64,000 nt of DNA from Acidimicrobiia bacterium (GTDB lineage Bacteria; Actinomycetota; Acidimicrobiia; IMCC26256; PALSA-610), in NCBI GenBank assembly GCA_038320885.1, contig JBBQER010000001.1, positions 65,931-129,930 on the forward strand, written 5' to 3'. How positions within the stretch are numbered: position 1 is the stretch's first letter; each line of letters begins with the position of its first letter. Of this stretch, positions 29,965-37,408 are shown one piece after another. The notes under the pieces were generated by a model, which made no database searches, was not told the origin of the DNA, and worked only from the letters and a program-made list of their open reading frames with translations. The translations under genes were made by a program, and so were the position numbers.

Positions 29965-30371
29965 CGCTCGGCGCGCATCGTCGCGCGAGCGTGGAGCGTG
30001 ACGTCGGGGAACAGCGGACCGACGAGCGGCAGATCCGTGTGCACGCGGTAGGAGACGCGCACCTCCACCGGGTCACCCACCCCGCCCGTGTGGTGAACTT
30101 CGACCTCGACCCCTCCGAGCGTGCGCCGCGCCGCGTCACGCACCCGGCTCGGGCCGGCATCGACGCTGGCCTCCCGTACCGCGGCCCGCGCCGCGTCCTG
30201 CACGAGCACGGCATCGCGGGCGACGAGCGCGGTCTGCACCAACGCCAGCAGGAACAGCACCAGGACGGGGAGCACGAGCGCGAGCTCGACCGTCGACTGC
30301 CCGCGGTCGGAACGCGCGGTTGCCCGCGCGCTCCGACCCGACCGGGCAACGGGAAATCGGCACCGGCCCAT
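29961..30371 (-). CDS. TadE/TadG-like pilus assembly protein
   Basis: Last 136 aa of track ORF 29961..31361. DRGQSTVELALVLPVLVLFLLALVQ is the TadE N-terminal motif. ATGA overlap with the flp-like gene. Confidence 0.75.
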   Translation of the reverse strand: MGRCRFPVARSGRSARATARSDRGQSTVELALVLPVLVLFLLALVQTALVARDAVLVQDAARAAVREASVDAGPSRVRDAARRTLGGVEVEVHHTGGVGDPVEVRVSYRVHTDLPLVGPLFPDVTLHARATMRAER

Positions 30372-30568
30372 CAGGGAACGAGCTTGCCGATCACCGTGTC
30401 GAAAAGACGCGAGATCGTGTGGCTCTTGGTCGCCCACCCGAGGACGAGACCGGCGACCGCGGCCGCCGCCAGCATCACCAACGCGTACTCCGCGGTGGTC
30501 TGGCCCGACTCGGCTCGATCCAATCGGGTGAGCATGGTCACCCATAGGCGCAACAATTTCTCGGACAC
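30371..30568 (-). CDS. Flp-type pilin-like small protein (DUF4244-like)
   Basis: 65 aa. GTG start with AGGAG 6 nt upstream. ESG-QTTAEYALVMLAAAAVAGLVLGW matches the G/xxxxEY prepilin processing pattern followed by a hydrophobic helix. Confidence 0.7.
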   Translation of the reverse strand: MSEKLLRLWVTMLTRLDRAESGQTTAEYALVMLAAAAVAGLVLGWATKSHTISRLFDTVIGKLVP

Positions 30569-30658
30569 AACAGTCTCCTCTCGTCAGGTGCGCTCGCACC
30601 TCGGACTCACGGACCGGGGAAGGGACGAGCGGGAGAAGCTGGGGTCGACCGCGCCGGC

Positions 30659-31312
30659 TCAGGGATGGAACCCCGCGAGCACAGCCGGAACCACGGTGAG
30701 CAGTGCAAACGCCGGGAGCACGCAAACAACGAGTGGAAAAACCAGGCGGACCGGCACGGTGCGTGCCCGCGCCTCGGCCCGGCGCCGAACATCGGCGCGA
30801 ACCTCGCCCGAGAGCCGTGCCAGCGCGGGCGCCGCCGGTGTGCCCAACCGGGTGCTGGTTCGGAGCGCATCGGTCAGCGGGCGCAACGTCGCGGTCGACA
30901 CGCCGAGGTCGCGCATTGCGTCGTCGAACGATCGGCCTCGTGCACACGCGTGTATGACGCCGGTCAACGCGGCGGATGCATGGCTCGGGCCGAAGCCCGC
31001 GGCGTGCTCGACGGCATGGAACGGAGTGCACCCGGCCGCGACCCCGACCCCGACGAGGTCGACGACAACCGGCAGCTCGCGTTGGAGCCGGGCGGCGCGC
31101 AACTGTTCTGCGCGCCGCATGCCGGGCACCCTCGCGACCCGGACGACCCCGGCCAGAAGCGGGCTCCGCCGCAGCTCCTGCCGGAAACGGGCGAACGATG
31201 CATGCCGCGGCGCGCTCGCGAGCGAGAGCGGGCGGACTCGGAGCAGAACGAGCTCCCGGCCGAGCGAGATGCACGAAGGGCAGCGCCACGATTCCTCCAC
31301 ATGCCGTTGCAA
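30659..31312 (-). CDS. tadC: Type II secretion F-family protein (TadC-like); N-terminus possibly frameshifted
   Basis: T2SSF-like core (ELPVVVDLVGVGVAAGCTPFHAVEHAA...) and a C-terminal TM. The expected N-terminal TM is seen only in a neighbouring frame starting at GTG 31325. Confidence 0.7.
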   Translation of the reverse strand: MQRHVEESWRCPSCISLGRELVLLRVRPLSLASAPRHASFARFRQELRRSPLLAGVVRVARVPGMRRAEQLRAARLQRELPVVVDLVGVGVAAGCTPFHAVEHAAGFGPSHASAALTGVIHACARGRSFDDAMRDLGVSTATLRPLTDALRTSTRLGTPAAPALARLSGEVRADVRRRAEARARTVPVRLVFPLVVCVLPAFALLTVVPAVLAGFHP

Positions 31313-31321
31313 TCAGCGCGA

Positions 31322-32193
31322 TCACGGCGCGTCCCCGGCCCGAACGATCGCGCGCATCCACATTGCTCCGAGCACCTCCAACCCGAGACCCAGCACGACG
31401 CAGAAACGGCCCGCACCGGTGCCCACCAGAACATGACGGAACGGGAGTCGACCGCCGCGGTGGTCACGAGGTAACCGACCGGAGCCAGACCGATCACCCA
31501 CGCTGAGTACCGAGCTTGCGCCGACAGTGCCCGCGCCTCGGCGATCACCGAGAGGCGCGCCCGGAGCGATGACGCCAGGCCCTCGAGCGCGTCGGCCGCC
31601 GGACCGCCGACGGTCGCGCTCAGCGACAGTGCTCCCGCCGCGACTTCGACGCCGACCGCGTGACGCTCCTGCGCCCACGAGCGCAGCGCCGCGGGCAGTG
31701 CGGCGCCCAGGCGAACACGCCGGCCGATGCGGGTCGCGTCGAGAGCGAGCACACCATCGCCTTGCGCGAGGCCCGCGAGTGCCGTGGCCACCGTGCCCCC
31801 GGCTCGCAGCTCGGACCCGATCCGATCCAACGCGTCGGGGACCGCAGCGGCGATCAGCCGCTCGCGGCGATGCCGGCCGACTCGGAGCGCGACCGGACCA
31901 CCCACCGACACGCCGACCGCGCCGAGCACACCCGTGACGGGGGCCAGTCCCGCGCCGACGAGTCCGGCGATCCCGATCGCGAGCAACCACACCTGCACCG
32001 CCTGTTCGGGCGTCGTCGTCAGGGCGGCGTCGTCGAGGGCCCGCTCCAACCGCCGGCGCACCCGCGGTGGCAACACGCGTCCCGCGGCGGCCGGGCGGAG
32101 CCGCTCGGTGACCGCCAAGTGACAGGCGAAGCGGGCCAGCGCGACCGCGGCGCCGCTCCCGGCTATCGCGACGAGGAGCGCGCGCAACGGCAC
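31322..32193 (-). pseudogene. tadB: TadB-like type II secretion F-family gene with an apparent frameshift
   Basis: Frame 1 (GTG 32193) reads a credible TadB up to ...VGYLVTTAAVD. The credible C-terminus HVLVGTGAGRFCVVLGLGLEVLGAMWMRAIVRAGDAP-stop is in another frame. The span is 872 nt, which is not a multiple of 3. Confidence 0.7.
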
Positions 32194-33395
32194 CAGTCCT
32201 CCTCGAGATCGAATCCGACGCGCCGCGCGGGCCGCGTCGGCGGCTCGATCGCCATGAGTTGGCCGCGCTCCCGGGCGAGCAGCCGCCGCGCCCTCGGCGC
32301 GTCCGCGTCGACCGATTCCACTACCTCGGCGACGGCCACGATCTCGCGCGCCCCGTCGACTCCTCGCGCGACCTGCACGATCGCGTCGACCGCAGCCGCG
32401 ACCTGCCCTCGTACGGCGGCCAACGGGAGCGCGATCCCGGCCAGCAACACGAGCGTCTCGAGGCGAGCCAGGGCGTCGACGGGCGAGTTCGCATGGATGG
32501 TCGAGACCGAGCCGTCGTGACCGGTGTTGAGGGCTTGGAGCATGTCAAGGGCCTCCGCGCCGCGCACTTCTCCGACCACCAGGCGATCCGGTCGCATGCG
32601 GAGCGACGCTCGCACCAACTCGCGCACGCTCACCGCGCCGGCTCCTTCGGCGTTGGCCGGACGCGCTTCGAGGCGCACGACGTGCGGCCGGGCCAGTCGT
32701 AGCTCCGCCGTCTCTTCGATCGTCACGACGCGCTCCGACGGATCAATCGCGTCCACGAGCGCGTTCGCGCACGTTGTCTTGCCCGAGCTGGTCGCGCCCG
32801 ACACCAGGATGTTCCAGCCCGCCCGGACCATCGCCGCGAGGAACGCGACCGCCGTGCTTCCCAGGCCGAAATCCGCAAGCGTCAGGGAACGGACCGCGAA
32901 TCGGCGGATGGTCAAGCACGGTCCATCGGGTGCGAGCGGCGGCAACACCGCGTGCAAGCGAGAGCCGTCGGCCAATCGCGCGTCGACCATCGGCGACGCG
33001 CGATCCAGCCGCAATCCGAGCGGCGCGATGACACGCTCGACGATTCGCACGATCGCGTCGCCGTCGATCTCGCAATCGACCGCTTCGATACGACCGCCCC
33101 GCTCGACGAACACGCGGTCCGGACCGTTCACCATGATCTCGGTGATCGTGGGGTCCGCGACCAGTGACTGCAACGCCCCGAGCCCGTCGACCTCGGCGAC
33201 GAGGTCGTCGAGCACCCGAGCCGCGGTCACGTCGGTGACCAGCGGGGCCTCGTCGTGCAGCAACGACGCCAGGCGGGCCCTCAGCTCCGCGGGCCCGACC
33301 GTTGCCGGATCGAACGGCGCCGCCAGCAGCCGCCGGTGCAACGCCTCGCGCAGGGGCCTGTTCGCGATGCTCATGATTTCCGCTGTCGGCGACAA
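32163..33395 (-). CDS. tadA: TadA/CpaF-family secretion ATPase
   Basis: Walker A GATSSGKTT, IEETAEL (Asp/Glu box), and the GHDGSVSTIHAN His box. Confidence 0.9.
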   Translation of the reverse strand: MSPTAEIMSIANRPLREALHRRLLAAPFDPATVGPAELRARLASLLHDEAPLVTDVTAARVLDDLVAEVDGLGALQSLVADPTITEIMVNGPDRVFVERGGRIEAVDCEIDGDAIVRIVERVIAPLGLRLDRASPMVDARLADGSRLHAVLPPLAPDGPCLTIRRFAVRSLTLADFGLGSTAVAFLAAMVRAGWNILVSGATSSGKTTCANALVDAIDPSERVVTIEETAELRLARPHVVRLEARPANAEGAGAVSVRELVRASLRMRPDRLVVGEVRGAEALDMLQALNTGHDGSVSTIHANSPVDALARLETLVLLAGIALPLAAVRGQVAAAVDAIVQVARGVDGAREIVAVAEVVESVDADAPRARRLLARERGQLMAIEPPTRPARRVGFDLEEDWCRCARSSSR

Positions 33396-33456
33396 GTCGC
33401 CGGGCCGCTCGGGCCCCGCTCGCTACTCGGCCGGATACCGGCCTCCCAACGCTCGC

Positions 33457-34158
33457 TCATGCGGCCTGCTCGTGGTCGAGGCCGCCGATCCGGCGGAGCA
33501 CTTCACGGACCGGTCGAGCCAGCGCGTCGGGGAGCCGGGTCGGCAACACTCCGGCGTCGATCGCGCGCGCGGTCGACGCCCGCAGAGTTACGGTCGCGAG
33601 CACCGGAACGCCGAGCACGTTCGCGACATCGTGCGCGCCCAGGGCGCGACCGCCCTCGTCGACGAACACGGCTCCGGTTGCGTTGGCCGTCAGCTCGAGG
33701 TGCACCGCGCGCCGCAGGGTGAGATAGCAGCCGCGCACGACGATCACGCTCGCGTCGGCCACCTCGACCAGCGCGTGCAGCGCGGGCGCGCGTCCGGCAC
33801 CCAAGGCGCCGACATCCGCAATCGTCGTTCGGTGATCGGCCTGCAACGCGACCCCGAGCGCGGCGCCGGCTTCGGCACTCGCGAGGCCGACGTCGCCCCC
33901 GCCGGCCGGGAGCAACGCCAATCCTCTCCCGGCATCCACCACGAGCCGGTCGAGTGCTTCGGTCGGCGCTTCGGGTCCGGTCACCAGCCAGTCCCGCAGC
34001 CCCTGCTCCGGATCAGCCGCCAAGCCGAGGATCGCAGGTTGATCACCGTCGAGGTCGGCGAGCCGCGCCGCCCCGTGCCGAGCAAGCACCAGGGCGGCCG
34101 CAGCCGCGATCACCGAAGTCCCCGAACCACCCTTGGGCGACCAGAAGCAAACCAACAC
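33457..34158 (-). CDS. CpaE/MinD-like (Ssd-like) ATPase-fold protein, short form
   Basis: GTG start with GGGAGG 5 nt upstream. Deviant Walker A SPKGGSGTS. 233 aa, so it lacks the N-terminal extension of longer homologues. Confidence 0.75.
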   Translation of the reverse strand: MLVCFWSPKGGSGTSVIAAAAALVLARHGAARLADLDGDQPAILGLAADPEQGLRDWLVTGPEAPTEALDRLVVDAGRGLALLPAGGGDVGLASAEAGAALGVALQADHRTTIADVGALGAGRAPALHALVEVADASVIVVRGCYLTLRRAVHLELTANATGAVFVDEGGRALGAHDVANVLGVPVLATVTLRASTARAIDAGVLPTRLPDALARPVREVLRRIGGLDHEQAA

Positions 34159-34230
34159 GAGCGCCTCCCGATTCGTCGGGCGTGCGGACGACGCACGCGC
34201 GCAGACATTTCGGGGAAGGCGGGAAGTGCA

Positions 34231-34246
34231 CGCACCGTATGGTGCG
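34231..34246. promoter_or_regulatory. 16-bp palindrome in the divergent cpaE-like/HAD intergenic region
   Basis: CGCACC-gtat-GGTGCG read directly from the sequence. Function is unknown. Confidence 0.2.
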
Positions 34247-34299
34247 CCGGTCCGCGCGTCAAGGCTCTTTCGAGCGCGGCGTGCCTACTATGCGCCCGC

Positions 34300-35094
34300 G
34301 TGGAGGCTGCCTTCTTCGATCTCGACAAGACCGTGATCGCCACCAGCTCGGTCATGGCACTCGGCGGACGTTTCTATCGCGAGGGACTGATCTCGAAGCG
34401 CACGATCGTGCGCGGGATCTACGCGCAAGTCGTGTATCTGCTTCTCGGCGCCGACGACGAGAAGATGGAGCGGATGCGCGAGGCGATGCTCGGCCTCACG
34501 AAGGGTTGGGATCAGGCGCGCGTGAGCGAGATCGTGCGCGAGACGCTCGATGAAGTGCTGACCCCCATCATCTACGCCGAGGCGCTCGAGCTCATCGAGA
34601 TGCACAAGGCGGAGGGTCGCAAGACGGTCATCGTCTCGTCGTCACCGATCGAGACCGTCCTGCCGCTCGGCGAGCATCTCGGAGTCGACGACGTCATCGC
34701 GACGCGCGCGCGTATCGACGAGCACGGCCGGTACACGGGCGAGCTCGAGTTCTACGCGTACGGCCCGCACAAAGCCGACGCGATCCGCGAGATGGCCGTG
34801 AAGGAAGGCATCGATCTCGCTCGCTCGTACGCGTACTCCGACTCGATCACCGACCTGCCGATGCTCGAGCTGGTCGGCAACCCGGTCGCGGTGAACCCGG
34901 ACCGCGAGCTCACGCGCGTGGCGCGCGAGCGTGAGTGGGAAACCCGGTGGTTCCAGCATCCCGTGCGCTTGCGAGACCGGGTGCCGGTTCCACCGAAGGG
35001 CCCGACGTTGGCGGCCGGCAGTGCGGCCGCCGCGGTCGGAACAGGTATTGGCTTGTACGTGTGGCTGCGCCGACGCGCGCTCGGCGCGCGCTGA
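34300..35094 (+). CDS. HAD-IB family hydrolase (SerB-like) with a C-terminal TM tail
   Basis: GTG at 34300. Motif I FFDLDKTV, motif II VIVSSSP, motif IV YSDSITDLPML. Only the last 264 aa of track ORF 32524..35094 are credible. Confidence 0.85.
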   Translation: MEAAFFDLDKTVIATSSVMALGGRFYREGLISKRTIVRGIYAQVVYLLLGADDEKMERMREAMLGLTKGWDQARVSEIVRETLDEVLTPIIYAEALELIEMHKAEGRKTVIVSSSPIETVLPLGEHLGVDDVIATRARIDEHGRYTGELEFYAYGPHKADAIREMAVKEGIDLARSYAYSDSITDLPMLELVGNPVAVNPDRELTRVAREREWETRWFQHPVRLRDRVPVPPKGPTLAAGSAAAAVGTGIGLYVWLRRRALGAR

Positions 35095-35112
35095 CGAGAC
35101 CGGTCGCGACGT

Positions 35113-35187
35113 CTAGGCGGTGCGAACCTTCTTGGCGATCGCCGCGCCGAGCGCGACCACGATCAGGAGCAACAAGAGCTTCTTCAC
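35113..35187 (-). CDS. 24-aa hydrophobic small protein (candidate)
   Basis: GTG preceded by GAGGAGG with a 6-nt spacer. Product VKKLLLLLIVVALGAAIAKKVRTA is a single TM helix flanked by Lys. It is below the ORF-track size cutoff. Confidence 0.4.
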   Translation of the reverse strand: MKKLLLLLIVVALGAAIAKKVRTA

Positions 35188-35262
35188 TGAATTCCTCCTC
35201 GGGGCTGGACTGGCGCGCAGCGTATCGCCCGATTGCGCGACTCGCTGACTGGGCGCCCGCGC

Positions 35263-36156
35263 TCAGCGCAGGATCGCGACCGGGTCGGCATAGGCCAGGT
35301 CGACGTGGCGGGCGTAGCCGGCCTCGCGAGCCAACCGGGCCAGCGCTTCGCCGGTGTCGGTGTCGGGTAAGCCGGGGAGCAGTGCGTCGTGATGGCAGAG
35401 CACGACCTTGTCCGGCCGCAGCAGCTCGACCTGGCGTACGAGGAACCGCGCGAGCGAACCCTGGTGCGGTTCACCGTTCACGTTCGGTCGCCCGGTCAGC
35501 GCGAGCACGGCGACATCGGGTTGCAGATCGGAGACGATGCCCGACCAATAACCCGAACTCGCGTTGACGAACACCGAGCCGTCGGGCGTCTCGAGCAGGT
35601 AGGCGAGCTGGCCGCCGTCACGACTCGAACAGTGCGCGGTCGTCCCGTCAAACCACTGCGCCAACTCGGGACCGAGAGACGGGAACAGCTCGAACAGCGC
35701 TTCGACACGCGCGGCGCGATCCTGCGCCGTGATGTCCAGATCGCCGATGCACTCCGTGTGCGACTCGTGACTCGCGGCCGCGAACAGGCAGGAGTGCAGC
35801 GACGGATACGGACGCACGCGCACGCCGTGGCCGCAGTCGACCGGTTCGCCACCCGAGACGGCCAGGATCTGGCTCTCGGGTACGTCGTTGGCCCGCAGCA
35901 CCCGGGCGACCTCGTAGGAGCACACGACGGTCGCACCCGTCGCCTTCGCGATCGTGTCGACCCCGAGCATGTGGTCGAAGTGCGCGTGGCTGACGAACAC
36001 GAAGTCGGCGGCGTCCACGTCACGGGCCGCGAGGCCGACCGCCGGAAGGCCCGCCGGACGGTCGACGTAGGTGTCGAAGAAGAGCGTGAGGCCGTTGGTC
36101 CGAACGCGAAACGTCGTGCACCCGAACCACTCGAGTTGCAGGGCGTCGGGGTTCAT
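35263..36156 (-). CDS. MBL-fold metallo-hydrolase
   Basis: FVFVSHAHFDHMLG metal motif, 297 aa. The ATG directly abuts the stop of the upstream scramblase-like gene. Confidence 0.85.
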   Translation of the reverse strand: MNPDALQLEWFGCTTFRVRTNGLTLFFDTYVDRPAGLPAVGLAARDVDAADFVFVSHAHFDHMLGVDTIAKATGATVVCSYEVARVLRANDVPESQILAVSGGEPVDCGHGVRVRPYPSLHSCLFAAASHESHTECIGDLDITAQDRAARVEALFELFPSLGPELAQWFDGTTAHCSSRDGGQLAYLLETPDGSVFVNASSGYWSGIVSDLQPDVAVLALTGRPNVNGEPHQGSLARFLVRQVELLRPDKVVLCHHDALLPGLPDTDTGEALARLAREAGYARHVDLAYADPVAILR

Positions 36157-36798
36157 CTACCCAAGATCGGTGATGTCGAGATCATTGAGGCCGCGGGAGT
36201 CCTGCTTGAGCGCGGTGTCGACGCAGAGCGCGGAAGCGACGGCGAGGCTGCGCAACGGCTCCTCGATCGCGGCGGTGAGCTCGACGAAATAGTTGTCCGC
36301 CGTCGTGAACACGGTCTTGGCCAGTCCTTCCCACGTCTTCGTGATGCGGGCGACTTCGTTTCCGCTCGCGTCCTGGATGTTGAAATTCCAAGCGCGCCAG
36401 TTCTCGGCGTTGAGCGTTCCCACCTCGCGGCCGTCGGCGTTCAACGAGAACCGGATCTTGCCGAACACGTTCTTCTGCGCGATGTCGCCGACGACGGTCC
36501 CGTCGGGCTTCGTGATCTGGAACTTCGACTTCACGAACTTGCGCGGACGCTTCAGCACGAGCACGGGCGCTTCGCTCGCGTCGCGTATCTCGTACGTGTG
36601 GGTCATGAACTGATCGAGACTCGACATGAGTCGGGCGGCCTTCTTCAGCGTCGACTGGCCGACCTCGGCGACCGAACCGATCTGCGCGCCGTTCTGGTCG
36701 AAGACTTTGTACTCGTTGGTCAGCTCGATGAGCTTCGTCTTCTGGTTCACTACGAGCACGCGCTCGGTGAGCAGACTCGGCAAATTCTCGTCGACCAT
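36157..36798 (-). CDS. Phospholipid scramblase-like / LURP-one-related family protein
   Basis: 213 aa. The beta-rich repeat pattern (KFQITKPDGTVVGDIAQKNVFGKIRFSLNADGREVGTLNAENWRAWNFNIQDASGNEVARI) is typical of the bacterial scramblase-like family. GC content is visibly lower than in neighbouring genes. Confidence 0.7.
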   Translation of the reverse strand: MVDENLPSLLTERVLVVNQKTKLIELTNEYKVFDQNGAQIGSVAEVGQSTLKKAARLMSSLDQFMTHTYEIRDASEAPVLVLKRPRKFVKSKFQITKPDGTVVGDIAQKNVFGKIRFSLNADGREVGTLNAENWRAWNFNIQDASGNEVARITKTWEGLAKTVFTTADNYFVELTAAIEEPLRSLAVASALCVDTALKQDSRGLNDLDITDLG

Positions 36799-36808
36799 GT
36801 GGCCGACG

Positions 36809-37408
36809 TTAGACGCCGGCGGCCACCGCTTGCGCGAATGTCAGCTCCGGGCCGATCACGTGAACAGCACCGCGCTCGCCCGGTTCGCGGTGGCCGGGAA
36901 TGGCGCAGAAGAACGTGTAGTCGCCGGGATGACCGAAGAAGACGCGCGTCGTCTTCATCTGGCCCACTTCGTTGACCTGCAAGCCCGCGAACATGGTCGA
37001 GCTGTCGTCGAAATCGAGCCTGTGCGGGCTCTCGGAACCGTCTTCGAGGGTGACTGAATAGATCCCGGTCGTGACCGTGAGCTTGTCCGGCACGAATGTG
37101 AGATCACCCGTCGAAGTGATCGTGAACGCGCCTTCGACTGGGCCTGTAGCCGGCAACGCGGTGAGCGGCTCCGATGTCGTGCTCGGTTCCGATACACCCG
37201 GCTTCGTCTCTCCGCCACGCACAACCGCGATGCCGACAAACGCGCCAGTGACGAGCGCGACCGCCATCACCCCGCCGGCTACAGAACGTCGCTGCCGCTT
37301 GCGCCGGTTGACGTACCGCTGCGCGGCCAGCCATACGTCGGCTTCCACCGGTGCCCGAGCAACGAGCTCGCGCAACCCGGCAGCAACGCGCTGATCGAGC
37401 TCAAGCAT
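36809..37408 (-). CDS. Membrane-anchored cupredoxin-domain protein, candidate anti-sigma partner of the ECF sigma
   Basis: Short cytoplasmic N-terminus, TM VMAVALVTGAFVGIAVV, and an extracytoplasmic plastocyanin-like domain (SPHRLDF ... YTFFCAIPGHREPGERG). 8-nt overlap with the ECF sigma gene. Confidence 0.7.
   Translation of the reverse strand: MLELDQRVAAGLRELVARAPVEADVWLAAQRYVNRRKRQRRSVAGGVMAVALVTGAFVGIAVVRGGETKPGVSEPSTTSEPLTALPATGPVEGAFTITSTGDLTFVPDKLTVTTGIYSVTLEDGSESPHRLDFDDSSTMFAGLQVNEVGQMKTTRVFFGHPGDYTFFCAIPGHREPGERGAVHVIGPELTFAQAVAAGV

Noticed and set aside
30372-31361. Upstream ~330 codons of minus-strand ORF 29961..31361, and the tail of ORF 30964..32193 beyond about 31440
   Set aside because: These are off-frame read-through across flp, tadC and tadB, giving Arg/Gly/Cys/Trp-rich products. 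Only the TadE part (29961-30371) and the TadB part upstream of the frameshift look like real protein.
32524-34299. N-terminal ~590 codons of the 856-aa plus-strand ORF 32524..35094
   Set aside because: This portion is antisense to tadA and the CpaE-like gene and is Ser/Arg-rich nonsense. HAD motifs begin only at GTG 34300.
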